Below, piece after piece: positions 1 to 12,849 of a stretch of 64,000 bases of DNA. The notes beneath the pieces are model-generated. The model made no database searches. It was not told where the DNA came from and saw nothing but the letters and a program-made list of their open reading frames with translations. The position numbers and the translations under genes are program-made. Source of the DNA: Mustelus asterias (Eukaryota); contig NW_027590275.1 in NCBI RefSeq assembly GCF_964213995.1, forward strand, positions 248,001 to 312,000. Reading direction: 5' to 3'. Each line of letters begins with the position of its first letter. Position 1 is the stretch's first letter.

Positions 1-1033
1 GAGATTTTTGGAAAACAAGCTCCTGAAGCACAGCACATCTGCACAGTTTAAAGTTACCTTCCATCCACAATGGATGATCCATTCCATGATTTTGAATAAT
101 CCAAATTTGAGGATGTGCATTGTTATTCTGGTCGCCACAGCCTGAAAACCACTCCAGGCATTGATGTCGCCCTTGGATTTTAAATTTGTAAATCCATTCT
201 CTATCTTTTAAAGCTACTATTGAAACTGTATCTATCACCTATTCAGTTCTTTGTGAGTGAGAAGGAGAATTGAAGATATATTTGGATAATTTTCCTATGA
301 CTGAATTTGTACAGAAGCATAAAAGCGGGAATCACACACATCACTTCATGAAAATCACCCGCTAAAGGCTGACAGTGTTTAATCAAGGGATGGTTCTCTT
401 CATTCATTTATTATTAATGGAGAATAGAAAAGTTGGAACTGTATGCAATCTGGGCAATATAACTGAGCAAAGTGAAACACATGGGGACTGGTCACGATAA
501 GCCTCCCATGGGTAAAAGACAAAGTGAAGGTGCGACGTTGACTGCCTTGTGAGACGGGGCAGGGAGACGTTGTAGGGTGAAGGTACATAAGAAAGTGGGA
601 GTGCTAAACGTTTAATGATCACTGTACAAGCAAAAGATGCAATGCAGACTGCAGGTTGGATATTCAATTCTTACTATCCGAAACAGCAGTGATTCAAAAT
701 GCCACTTGGTTCAAAATAAAATGCCAACCGGCACTAATACATTCACTTAAAAAGCATCGCCTTGCTGATTTATCATAATTTAAGTGATTTAATTTAATTA
801 CAGAGGAAAGCAGCGTACTGGTAGATTTCAAAATGATCTGGCCAACAGATTTAGTATTCCGAAGTTCTCCGTCCCAGGTTCAATATAATGTGAACAATTC
901 TTGTCTGTTGTGTCCCTCTCTAATGTTTAAACTTCAGTCTACCAGAGTGTGCTGACATCCACTGGCCGCAATACAGAACTGCAGTAGCGTGGAAAAAATG
1001 CACATCAACTATCGCTGCAGACCGACATGTTGT

Positions 1034-2095
1034 TGGTCAAAGAAGACAGAGGGTAGCAGTGGAAGGGTGCGTTTCTGAATGGAGAGCTGTGACAAGTGGC
1101 GTTCCTCAGGGATCAGTGTTGGGATCTCTGTTGTTTGTAATATATATAAACGATTTGGAGGAAAATGTAACTGGTTTGATTAGTAAGTTTGCGGACGACA
1201 CAAAGGTTGGTGGATTTGCAGATAGCAATGAGGACAATCAGAGGATACAGCAGGATATAGGTCAGTTGGAGATTTGGGAGGAGAGACGGCAGATGGAGTT
1301 TAATCCGGACAAATGTGAGGTCATGCATTTTGGAAGGTCTAATACAGATCGGAAATATACAGTAAATGGCAGAACCCTTACAAGTGTTGATAGACAAAGG
1401 GATCTGGGTGTACAGGTACACAGGTCACTGAAAGTGGCAATGCAGGTGGAGAAGGTAGTCAAGAAGGCATACGGCATGCTTACCTTCATCGGCCAGGGCA
1501 ATGAGTTTAAAAATTGGCAAGTCATTTTGCAGCTATATGGAACCTTAGTTAGGCCGCACATGGAATATAGTGTTCAATTCTGGTCGCCATACCACCAGAA
1601 GGATGTGGAGGCTTTGGAGAGGGTACAGAAAAGATTTTCCAGGATGTTGCCTTGTATGGAGGGCATTAGCTATGAGGAGAGGTTGGAGAAACTTTGTTTG
1701 TTCTCACTGGAATGACGGAGGTTGAGGGGCGACCTGATAGAGGTCTACAAGATTATGAGAGGCATGGATGGAAGCTTTTTCCGAGTTTGGAACAGTCAAT
1801 TACTATGGGGCACAGGTTTAAGATGCGAGGGGCAAGGTTTAAAGGAGATGCACGAGGCAGATTTTTTACACAGAGAGTAGTGGGTGCCTGGAACTCTTTG
1901 CCGAGAGAGGTAGTGGAAGCGGATATGGTAGTGACTTTCAAGGGGCGTCTTGACAAATACATGAATAGGATGGAAATAGAGGGATATGGTCCCCGGAAGG
2001 GTAGGGGATTTTAGTTCAGTCGGGCAGCATGGTCGGTACAGGCTTGGAGGGCTGAAGGGCCTATTCCTGTGGTGTAATTTTCTTTGTTCTTTGTT
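1034..2095 (+). mobile_element. 5'-truncated CR1/HER1-type LINE (RT C-terminal half, 3' UTR, TTCTTTG tail)
   Basis: ORF 1059-1715 has [17 protein letters not shown] and LVRPHMEY..QFWSP motifs; in-frame stop near 1715; tail tttctttgttctttgttct. Confidence 0.92.
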
Positions 2096-2689
2096 CTATA
2101 ACTTCGAATTTGCTATTACCTGGAGCATTTGAGTCGACGAGCACAGACGTACTAAAGGAAAATCTCGGTAATGAGACGATGGAGAATGAATTTCAGAGAT
2201 AAGCAGATGATGTTACGTTCAAGACTTTGAGTAGAGGATCGTGTGGAATCAAGCACTAATTAGAGCAAAAGGCCCAGTTTCAATTAGGTATCTTCCAGGT
2301 AGAATGTGTACAGATTTGCAAAGTCTCTCAGATTGATTTAGAAATTAATATCACAGACATATGTCGCATTAGAGACAGAAAGATACAGAATGAGTCCAAC
2401 ACTCATATATCTAGAATCTTAGAATGGATACAACAAAGCGAGGGAGACCATTCGGCCCTTTGACTGTATGCTGGTCTGTAAAAGAGCATCTCATCTCATC
2501 CCTTTCCAAGTCCTTGTCTCATAAACCTGGATATCCTTTCACTTCAGGTGCTGATCCCATTCCCCCTTGACAGCTCTGATTTGATGCTGCCTCTGCCGCC
2601 CTCCCAGGCAGTGCATCCCAGGTCCTAAACACTCAGCACATTAAAAACCAACCTTCTCTCCTCTGGCAATGGGATCAATGTTTCTTCAT

Positions 2690-3012
2690 CTACTCTTCTT
2701 CGACTACACCCACAAACCCACCACCTCTACCATCTCGAAGGACAGTGGCAGTAGATACATGGGAACACTTGCACTGCAAGCTCCTCCTCAAGCCACTCAC
2801 CATCCGAACTTGGAAATACATCGCGGCTCCTTCACTGTCGCAGTGGCAAAATCCCGAAAGACTGTTTGGCTAACAGCACTGTGGCTGTACCGACACCTCA
2901 GGGACTGCAGCAGTTCAATAAAGCAGCAAACCACCACCTTCTTCAGGTCAGTTAGAGATTGGCAATGAACGCTGGCCTCGTCAGTGATGCCCACCTCTCG
3001 AAATGAATAAAA
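2690..3012 (+). mobile_element. Degenerate 3' end of a second LINE family (tail shared with the second SINE family)
   Basis: ggactgcagcagttc..ccaccaccttc..tggcaatgaacgctggcc..gcccac..aatgaataaaa recurs at about 26815-26920, 42920-42980 and 45345-45390. Confidence 0.6.
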
Positions 3013-3743
3013 CAAACACAAACTCACATCTACAACCAGAGACGGACGAATACTGAACAAATCTCACTCACGTGCCTGTGTTGGACACAATATGAATCCC
3101 CCAATCACATTCACGAACAGAGGGTAAAATGCAGTCGAAATTGGGCGATCGTTATCCAGTTGCAGTTTAACCAGAGTTTTATACAAGAATAGAAAACATC
3201 TTAACACAACGTGCAACATTTTAACCGAATATGGAACATCATGAGACCAGTTAATCATCTTTCTGCCGAACAGAAAACATCTTCACGGTGAACATTTTAA
3301 CACAACAGGGAACACGGTTACAGAGCAGGGCATATATTAACAGAACATTTTTTAAAATTACACAAGATGGACCATATTTATCCAGCCGAAAAGATACTTT
3401 CAGCATGAGGGAAGCATTTTACACAACAACAGAAAACACCTCTCAACAACAGAGAGCACAGTTGCACAGCAGGAATTATATTTACAAACATGTATTTGCA
3501 ACAGAAAATTCCTTTTAAAATAGTGATTGATTTTCCAATTCCGTGTTTTGCCGGTTTTTCAGCACCTTTGTCTGTCGTTACGTGTCCAGACAATCTCTCT
3601 TACTGCGATTGTGTGTGTTTCTCTGTTTTATTCTCGGTGTGATGCAGTGGCTGAACCTCCTGACACTGGAACGAGTATTAAATGATACAACGGCGAAAAT
3701 CTGCCTGACTACATTGATAGACAGCACAGCTGACTTTTACCAT

Positions 3744-3815
3744 GGCAGAGTGTCGCAGCGGAAGCGTGCTGGATCCACAATCCAGCAGTCGGTGGATCAC
3801 AACCATCCTCTGCTA
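3744..3815 (+). pseudogene. tRNA-iMet-derived gene or pseudogene with CAC anticodon
   Basis: ggcagagtgtcgcagcggaagcgtgctggatccacaatccag...aaccatcctctgcta aligns to vertebrate initiator tRNA (72 nt); T-loop ATCACAA damages the B box; G1:T72. Confidence 0.85.
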
Positions 3816-4355
3816 TTCCTATTATCACTGATAATGAAACGACTTGTGACTTTTAGATGGAGTCTGCAGACAGGTATTTACATCGGCTTCTCTTTCCCCC
3901 AAAAAACCTCGATCTGCAGTGAATCACTTTTATATGCAAGAAAGCATATGAACGGGGAACATCTTAACACAATATGCAACAATTTACTGACAGAAACATC
4001 TTCACGGAGAATCTTCTCACACAACATAAAACACATTTGCAGAGCAGGGGCCATATAAACAGAACAGAGAAAAAAAACATTTACACAGCCGGAAACACAA
4101 CAGGGGAGCATTTTACACAACAGCAGAAATCATCTCTCAACACCAATTGAGACAGTTACATGGGTAAGATGGGTCTGGAGGGTATGGGACAAACACGGGC
4201 AATTGGGAATAGCTCGGTGGTAAAATAAAACTGGGCGGCATGGACAGGTTGGGCCGATGGGGCTGTTTCCATGTTGTAAACCTCTATATCATAGAGCACA
4301 GCAGGAAAAACAGTGAAACACTTTGCACAACAACAGTGAACATCTTTGAACAGCG

Positions 4356-4938
4356 GGGGTGGGATGGAGGGGTAGAGGGGGGAGGGAGGAGGGGGAGGGG
4401 GAGAGGAGGGTGGAGGGGAGGGGAGGGGGAGGCGGAGGGTTAGGCGAGGGGAAGGGGAGGGGGATGGGGATGGGGGACGGGGGAGAGGTATGGGGGAGGG
4501 GAGGTTGGGGAAGGGGAGGGGGAACGGGGAGGGGTAGGGGGAGGGGGAGGGGGGAGGGGGAGTGGGAGGGGGAGGGGGAGGGGGACCGGGAGGGGGAGCG
4601 GGGAGGGGGAGCGGGGAGGGGGGAGCGGGGAGTGGGGAGCGGGGAGCGGGGAGGGGAGGGGGAGGCTGGAGGGGGAGGGGAAGGGGTGAGGGGGGAGAGG
4701 GACGGGAGGAGAGGGGGAGGAGGGAGGGTGGAGGGGACGAGGGTGTAGGGGGGAGAGGGGCGGAGGGGACGAGGGGGGAGGGGGAGAGAGGGAGAGGGGA
4801 GAGAGGGAGAGGGCAGTAGGGAGGGGGGACGGGGTAAGGGGGGACAGGGAAGGGGAGAGATGCGGAGAGGGGAGGAGAGAGGAGGGAGAGGGGGTGGAGG
4901 CGGTGGGGGAGGAGGGGTGGAGGCGGGAGGGGGTAGGC
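4356..4938 (+). repeat. G/purine-rich low-complexity tract (G-quadruplex or triplex prone)
   Basis: About 580 nt made almost entirely of G runs separated by single A/T/C. Confidence 0.95.
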
Positions 4939-4955
4939 GAAGCTGGGCTTGCCGT

Positions 4956-5027
4956 AGCAGAGTGGCGCAGCTGAAGCATGCTGGGCCCATAGCTCAGAGG
5001 TCGATGGATCGAAAACATTCTCTGCTA
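4956..5027 (+). tRNA. tRNA-iMet(CAT), diverged copy, possibly a pseudogene
   Basis: agcagagtggcgcagctgaagcatgctgggcccatagctcagaggtcgatggatcgaaaacattctctgcta; about 6 substitutions against canonical vertebrate tRNA-iMet; A1:T72 and ATCG T-loop kept. Confidence 0.85.
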
Positions 5028-5499
5028 CTTCCTCTTAACAATAATAACAGAACCACTTGACTGCAATTCTGCAACATTTACGTGGAATATGCAGGCAGGT
5101 ATCTGCATTGGCTCCTCTTTTCTGTTTTAAGCCTCAAACCAGTTTGGTATGCACAAAAGGTGTAGATACTGTGAACATCACCAGGATCTATTCGTGACAG
5201 ACGTAATGGTGCACAGGACACAATTTCAGAATTTTGGGATAATGTTAAAGTTGGAAGCATTGTGAACTGTGAGGAGGATAGTGTGAACCTTCAAAAAGGA
5301 CATAGGCAAGTTGACAGAATGAGTGGATAAGTTGCAGATGACATTGAAAGATGAGAATTGTGAACTTATTCATTCTGGTAGGAAGATTATAGAGAGACAA
5401 TGAAAAGTAAAAGGAAAATAGTTCCAAAGTATCTAATCCATTTCATTAGTGAGGTTTCTCAGTCCTACAACTCTAAATGAGGTGCAACAGTGCAACTCT

Positions 5500-5636
5500 A
5501 AAATAAAAGCAAATTGCTACTGATGCGATCATCTGAAATCAAAAGAGAAAATGCTGGAAAATCTCTGCCGGTCTGGCAGCATCTGAAAGGAGTAAAATGA
5601 GTTGATGATTCAAGTCCAGATGACCCTTTGACAAAG
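5500..5636. repeat. Half copy of the palindromic PLE/hammerhead-type short repeat
   Basis: aaagcaaattgc..tctgaaatcaaaagagaaaatgctggaaaatctc..ggtctggcagcatctg matches the left arm of 25417-25643. Confidence 0.7.
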
Positions 5637-5879
5637 TCTCATCTGTATTGGTTTACTGCCAACTGGTAACTTCTTTAAAGTTAATAATAATCCATTCAAA
5701 ATATCAGCATATGTGTTTTACAATCATAATTACTCGTTTGAATCAATTACTGCATCTCATATTGTTTCTTGTTAGCTCATAAACGCATTTAGAAGTCACT
5801 TAACTGAATGCTGCTAGTTTTATCAAAACCTTAATGTCGACTGGTTTAAAAATCTTACCATCCCACCAGGGGTTCCACT

Positions 5880-7380
5880 TACAGGCATTAAATGTTATGA
5901 GGCGTCTGGACAGAGTGGATAGGGACAAACTGTTCCCACTCTGGAATGATGAAGAATGAGAGAGAACAGGTTTAGCATCATTAGCAAAGGAAGGAATAGG
6001 AACGCGAGGAAAACATTTTTCACACAGTGATTGTGTAAAGTGTTGAATGCATTGCTGGAGAGTGTGGTGGATATAGATTCAATTGAAACGTTCTAAATGA
6101 ATTAGACTGTTATCTGAAAAGGAAGAATGTGCAGGGTTGCAGGGAAAAGGCGGAGATGTTCATTTTCTGTCACAACTCCTCACATAATTTCGCATTCATC
6201 ACTCATCACTGAATCGAGTGTGAGCTGTTCTCTTGTCGTTTCTAAACAAGGAGAAGTGCAGCAATGTTTAAATGACAGGAGAGTTGGTGGCCGAAGTCTG
6301 ACGGGAAAGTTAAAAAAAAACAAATATATGTCGAAAAGGTGAGGATGGCAGAGAGACGAAATTTAGAAACCTTAGCAGATCTGGCAGCATATAGGGAGAG
6401 AGAAACAAAGTTAATACTTCGAGTCTGTATGATTCTTCTTCAGAGCTGAAGAGACGTTGAAATTTGACGGATTTAAAATGTTGCAGAGAATTCGGAGCAC
6501 AATCCAGATTATTCATTAAAGCAATTACAAATGGCATGTTTGTTTTTATTGCAAGTGGATTGGAGTAGATGAAGACTTGGTACAATTGTACAGGATTTTA
6601 TGGAGACCACATCTGCAATGTTGTGTACAGCTATGGTATCCACATTTGAGAAAAGGTAAGCTTGCATTGGAGGCGGTACAGAGAAGGTTCACTAGATTGC
6701 CCCCCGGAATGAGGAGGTTGTTCTATGTTGAGAGGCAGAGTGAATTAGGCGAGAGACCCGAGAGCTCAGAACAATGTGTAGATGCTGAGTGAACGCTTCC
6801 ATTGCTGTCCTCTGGGCAGACGAGTGACAGATTAAGTAAAAGTAAAGGAAAGTAAAGTTAAAGTAAAGTTTATTAATCACAAGTAAGGCTTACATTAACA
6901 CTGCAATGAAGTTACTGTGAAATTCTCCGAATTGCCACAGTCGGGCACCTGTGCGGGTCAATCACCGAACTAGTTGAAGTTCAATGCAGAGAAGTGTGAG
7001 TTGATTCATTTTGAAAGTGTGGAGAAATAAAGAGAGAAACTCTTAAGGAAATGCAGGAAAAAAGGGATCTCGGTTTCTCAGTACAAAAGTCATTGAAGGT
7101 GGTTGAGCATGTTGAGAGAGCAGGTAATAAAGAAAATGGCACCCTACGTTTTATTGGAGGATTGAATACATGAGTAAGAAGATCGTGTTGAGCTTTTAAA
7201 TACACTAGAGCCGGGAGCACTGCGTCCAATTCTGGGCACCACACTTGAAGAAGGTTGTGAAGGCAATGGGGAGAGTACAAAGGATATCCACACGAATGAT
7301 TCTGTTGATAAAGATTTGTAGCTATGAAGATCGATTTGAGAAGTTGGATATTTTTCCTCAGGGAAAGAAGTCTGAGAGGA
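5880..7380 (+). mobile_element. Patchwork of old CR1 fragments with a PLE-type short repeat at about 6355-6450
   Basis: RPHLQCCVQLW and ALEAVQRRFTRL motifs; many stops. Confidence 0.65.
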
Positions 7381-7384
7381 CCTG

Positions 7385-8256
7385 TTGAGGGACAGGGAGC
7401 ATTGAGGAAGCAGGCGTGCTGCAGAAGGACTTGGATAGGCTGGGAGAGTGGGCAGAGAAGTGGCAGATGGAGTACAATGTGGAAAAGTGTGAGGTTATGC
7501 ACTTTGGAAGGAGGAATGGAGGCACAGATTATTTTTTAAATTGTGAAATGCTTAGGAACTCAGGAGCACAAAGGGACTTGGGAGTCCTTGTTCAAGATTC
7601 TCTTCAGGTAAACGTGCAGGTTCAGTCGGCAGTTCGGAAGGGAAATACAATGTTGAGAGGGCTGGAATTCAAGGCCATGGATGCACTTCTGAGACTGGCA
7701 AAGGCTCTGGTCAGACCCCGTTTGGAGTAATGTGAGCAGTTTGGGCCCCATACCTAAGGAAGGATGTGCTGGCCATGGAAAAGGTCCAGAGGAAGTTCAC
7801 AAGAATGATCCCTGGATTGAGGAGCTTGTTGTATGAAGAATGGTTGAGGACTCTGGATCTGTACTCGTTGGAGTTTACAAGGACGAGTGGGGATCTTATT
7901 GAAACTTATCGGATATTGCGAGGCCTGGTTCGAATGGACACAGAGAGGATGTTTTCACTTCTAGGAAAAACTAGAACCAAAGGGCACAGCCTCAGACGAA
8001 AGGGATGATCCTTTAAAACAGAGATGAGGAGGAATTTCTTCAGCCAGAGATTGGCGAATCTGTGGAAATCTTTGCCGCAAAAGGCTGTGGAGGCCAGGTC
8101 ATTGAGTGTTTCTAAGACAGATATAGATAGATTCTTGATTAATAAGGGGATCAGGGGTTACGGGGAAAAGACAGGAGAATGGGAATGAGTAAAATGGCGG
8201 AGCAGACTCGATGGGCTGAGTGGCCTAATTCTGCTCCTACGTCTTATGGTCTTATG
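7385..8256 (+). mobile_element. CR1 LINE 3' fragment
   Basis: LQKDLDRLGEWAEKWQMEYNVEKCEVMHFG; 3' UTR gactcgatgggctgagtggcct and tcttatgg tail. Confidence 0.9.
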
Positions 8257-8269
8257 GAAGAGAAAGAAG

Positions 8270-8575
8270 TGTGGCTTTCGCACTGCTGCTGCAGAATGAC
8301 AGGGATGCGGGTTCAATTCAGGCTTTGGGTGGCTGTATGTATTTTCCACATTTTCTCTGTGTCCATGCGGCTTTCCTCCGGGTGCTCTGGTTTCCCCCAC
8401 ACTCCATTGATAGGGTAAGTGGATTTACCATGCTAGATTTGCCCTTATGTCTCCCAGTATGTTGAGATTAGGAGGATTAACGTGGTAAAATGTGAGGTTG
8501 CGTGGATAGGTCAGAGAATCAGTGGAGCCTCAATGGGCCGAATGACCACCTTTTGCAATGTAGGGATTCAATGAT
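8270..8575 (+). mobile_element. Degenerate HE1/V-SINE
   Basis: V-domain-like tttcctccgggtgctctggtttcccc and CR1-like tail. Confidence 0.75.
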
Positions 8576-8694
8576 AGATGTTTTCATGTTCCAGTCAAGA
8601 GTTCATCAAGAACCAGGGGAAAATTTTCAAAATAAGTGTCAAAATTGCAACGATTCAGTGCCTAATGTACACATCTTAGGAAAATAAAGGAACG

Positions 8695-8845
8695 TTTAAC
8701 ATGGCCAATCCACCTAACCTGCACATCTTTGAACCACGGGAGTAAACCAGAACACCCAGAGGAAACCCACGGGGAAGATGTGCAAAATCTGCACAGTCAG
8801 CAAACGTCAGGACCAAACCCGGGTCTCTGGGGCTATGAGGCGGGA
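8695..8845 (-). mobile_element. Degenerate HE1/V-SINE fragment
   Basis: catggccaatccacctaacctgcacatcttt..cacccagaggaaacccac. Confidence 0.7.
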
Positions 8846-9124
8846 GAGTGCGATTAGATAGCGTGCAATTTCAATAACGCAGTGTAGACTTGATGGGCCA
8901 AATGGACTGCTACTGCATTGTAAAGATTCTATGGTTTGGGAATCTAAAACATGATGCTATTGAATCGAGCAGTAGGCTTGAAGGGCCATGTAGTCCACTT
9001 CTGATCCGATTTATTGTGCTGCTGTGTCCAGAATGCTGCTGATTGATTTCTCATCATTAAATCAGAATTTAGTCCAAATACCGTTGATGCATCAACCCTG
9101 TGCTCAGTGACAAACACTGACTCG

Positions 9125-9470
9125 TCATAGAATCATAGAACCCTACAGTGCAGAAAGGGGCCATTCGGCCCATCGAGTCTGCACCGACCACAATCCCACC
9201 CAGGCCCTACCCCCATATCCCTCCATATTTTATCCACTAATCCCTCTAACCTACTCATCTCAGGAAACTAAGGGGCAATTTTATCATGGCCAATCAACCT
9301 AACCCGCACATCTTTGGACTGTGGGAGGAAACCGGAGCACCTGGAGGAAACCCACGCAGACACGAGGAGAATGTGCAAACTCCACACAGACAGTGACCCG
9401 AGCCGGGAATCGAACCCAGGTCCCTGGAGCTGTGAAGCAGCAGTGCTAACCACTGTGCTACCGTGCCGCC
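9125..9470 (-). mobile_element. Full-length young HE1/V-SINE
   Basis: tRNA-like head (ggcggcacggtagcacagtggttagc, ggttcgattcc), V core, CR1-like tail with ttctatga repeats; near-identical to 40511-40852. Confidence 0.93.
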
Positions 9471-10035
9471 ATAAAAAAATTAAGCAATGTCTCAATTTTA
9501 ATATTCTTATCTGTGTTTCCAAAACCCTCCTTGTCCTCAGCTCTTCCTCCCTTTCATCACCTCCAGCATAACAATCATCTGAGATATCTGACCTCCTATG
9601 ATTCTGCCCTCGTGAGCATCCGTGATTTGGTTCATTCCACCACTGATGATCGTAATTTCAGCTCTCTGGGTTTCAGCTCTGGAATTCCCTCTCTCAATGC
9701 CCCTGCTTCTCGCTTGCTTTCCTCTCTTTCATTTTTGTCGCCTGTTTCCTTCATTTATTTCCTCCTTCCTATCCCGTGGGTCTCACAGTTTGCACCCTCT
9801 GACTTTCCGCAGTCCTTCGGCCGCTTTAACTGCTGTCAACGAATTATAATTATACAACTATAATTTTCCGCGTGGTTCCACTTTAAGGATTATTTCCGCC
9901 TCCAGCTCTTTGATTTCTCATTGGTTTCAGCTCCGGATCGAATTGAATGACGCAATGACGCTGGGCAGGGAGTGACGCTGCGCGAGTTGCGCAGGAGCGG
10001 CGCATTCCGATTGGGCAGTGAGTTACGATTGGGTA

Positions 10036-11613
10036 GAACACAGAACATAGAACAGTACAGCACAGAACAGGCCCTTCGGCCCACGATGTTGTGCCGAGTT
10101 TTATCTGAAACCAAGATCAAGCTATCCCACTCCCTATCATCCTGGTGTGCTCCATGTGCCTATCCAATAACCGCTTAAATGTTTCTAAAGTGTCTGACTC
10201 CACTATCACTGCAGGCAGTCCATTCCACACCCCAACCACTCTCTGCGTAAAGAACCTACCTCTGATATCCGTCCTGTATCTCCCACCACGAACCCTATAG
10301 TTATGCCCCCTTGTAATAGCTCCATCCACCCGAGGAAATAGTCTTTGAACGTTCACTCTATCTATCCCCTTCATCATTTTATACACCTCTATTAAGTCTC
10401 CCCTCAGCCTCCTCCGCTCCAGAGAGAATAGCCCTAGCTCCCTCAACCTTTCCTCATATGACCTACCCTCCAAACCAGGCAGCATCCTGGTAAATCTCCT
10501 CTGCACTCCTTCCAGCGCTTCCACATCCTTCCTATAGTGAGGTGACCAGAACTGCACACAATATTCCAAATGTGGTCTCACCAAGGTCCTGTACAGTTGC
10601 AGCATAACCCCACGGCTCTTAAACTCCAACCCCCTGTTAATAAAAGCTAACACACTACAGGCCTTCTTCACAGCTCTATCCACTTGAGTGGCAACCTTTA
10701 GAGATCTGTGGATATGGACCCCAAGATCTCTCTGTTCCTCCACAGTCTTCAGAACCCTAACTTTGACCCTGTAATCCACATTTAAATTTGTCCTACCAAA
10801 ATGAATCACCTCACATTTATCAGGGTTAAACTCCATTTGCCATTTTTCAGCCCAGCTTTGCATCCTATCTATGTCTCTTTGCAGCCTACAACAGCCCTCC
10901 ACCTCATCCACTACTCCACCAATCTTGGTGTCATCAGCAAATTTACTGATCCACCCTTCAGCCCCCTCCTCTAAGTCATTAATAAAAATCACAAAGAGCA
11001 GAGGACCAAGCACTGATCCCTGCGGCACACCGCTAGCAACCTGCCTCCAATCCGAAAATTTTCCATCGACCACCACCCTCTGTCTTCGGTCAGACAGCCA
11101 GTTGCCTATCCAATCGGCCAACTTTCCCTCTATCCCACACCTTCTCACTTTCATCATAAGCCGACCATGGGGGACCTTATCAAACGCCTTACTAAAATCC
11201 ATGTATATGACATCAACTGCCCTACCTTCATCAACACACTTAGTTACCTCCTCAAAAAATTCTACCAAATTTGTGAGGCACGACTTGCCCTTCACGAATC
11301 CGTGCTGACTATCTCGGATTAATCCGCATCTTTCTAAATGGTCATAAATCCCATCCCTAAGGACCCTTTCCATCAATTTACCAACCACCGAAGTAAGACT
11401 AACCGGTCTATAATTACCAGGGTCATTTCTATTCCCTTTCTTAAACAGAGGAACAACATTCGCCATTCTCCAGTCCTCTGGCACCATCCCCGTGGCCAGC
11501 GAGGACCCAAAGATCAACGCCAAAGGCTCTGCAATCTCATCCCTTGCCTCCCAAAGAATCCTAGGATACATTTCATCAGGCCCAGGGGACTTCTCGACCT
11601 TCAGTTTATTCAA
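10036..11613 (-). mobile_element. Young 5'-truncated CR1/HER1 LINE with an uninterrupted 498-aa ORF2 segment (complete RT domain, no endonuclease)
   Basis: ORF 10117-11613: [41 protein letters not shown]; tail ttctatgttctgtgttct. Confidence 0.96.
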
Positions 11614-11993
11614 AAAAAGAAGATGTCAATCACATTGAGGGCGTGTATTGCCATCAGCGCGGTCTGCGATTGGTTAGAATTGGGAGCGTCATTTTCAGTG
11701 TTCTCACAGTTCAGCAGGATGGAGCTCACGGATTGGATAAAGTAGCTGTCACTCATTCGGCGCAGAGCGTCCATTGGATAACCGCGATGGGTCAATTTCC
11801 GATTGGTTTTCCCAGCTGCCGGTCACAGGCCGTTGGCGGGGATTTACCCCGGGCCCATCAGACACCGCGCGGAGCGGCAGCAAATGTCCCGCAAGTGGCT
11901 TCAGTCCCCGGGCCCGGATCCTGAGCCCGCGGCGGGGCTCGGGATGGCGGGAGGGTTTCGGCAGCAGGAATCCCGTCCTGCCCGGTTGTAAAT

Positions 11994-12272
11994 GGGGCGG
12001 CACCGTGGTTCGCACTGCTGCCTCACAGCGCCAGGGACCCGAGTTCGATTACGGCTTGGATCACTGTCTGTGTGGAGTTTGCACGTCTCCCAGTGGGTTT
12101 CCTCCGGGTGCTCCGGTTTCCTCCCAAAGTCCAAAGATATGCGGGTTAGGTGGATTGGCCATGCTAAATTGCCCTTTCGTGTCAAGGGGACCAGCTAGGA
12201 TAAATGCATGAGGTTATGGAGATAGGACTTGGTGGGATTGGAATGGCCTCTTTCTGCGCTGTTGGATTCTAT
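11994..12272 (+). mobile_element. HE1/V-SINE with internal deletions
   Basis: ggggcggcaccgtggttcgcactgctgcctcacagcgccaggga head and V core. Confidence 0.85.
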
Positions 12273-12849
12273 AAATCGCAGCTCAGGGTTTCCAATGGCA
12301 GCTTCCTGTGTAAACATGTCACTGCAGTTCCCCAGTCTCAGAAATGCCGGTGTTACAAACTCCCCTGGAGTCAGACCAATCAGTACATAAACTGGAATCT
12401 TCCTGTGCTCTGTGTGTGGGGCTCAGTGCCACACTGGGTTAAAGCAGCTCACTTTGCAGAGGCCACGGTTAGATACTGGGATCTTCCTGTGCTCTGCTTT
12501 GGGGGTGGGGTTTGCTTACTCTGAGTGGATCCCCCTTATTGTTTGGTTTTAATTATAGCCTCTCGCTCTCTTACAGACTGAGCAGAATGGCCTGATCTGA
12601 CGACACACATTGAGATGGAGGAGCTGCCGCTCGAAATGAAGATGATTGAGAACTCCAGCTTTCTCGACACTCGTTCACTGAGGCCCAGCCCTTCATTTAT
12701 CATTAGTTTTCCCAGGATGTCAGGTACATTACCATCTTCATCTGCTGTGCACACTGACCTGACAGTGGGAAGGTATTGGAGCAGGATAGTGCAGTCAACC
12801 ATGTCAAAGGTGTGGACAGGCTGAGAAGGATAAGGAGGGATAGTTTAGC

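Noticed and set aside
3543-4058. 171-aa ORF
   Set aside because: Spans a tRNA pseudogene and spacer repeat; no recognisable domain.
4289-5018. Pro-rich and Gly-rich ORFs
   Set aside because: Artefacts of a stop-poor G/C low-complexity tract.
10117-11613. Autonomous LINE or domesticated RT gene
   Set aside because: Lacks the endonuclease, ORF1 and promoter; the open frame is explained by recent insertion.
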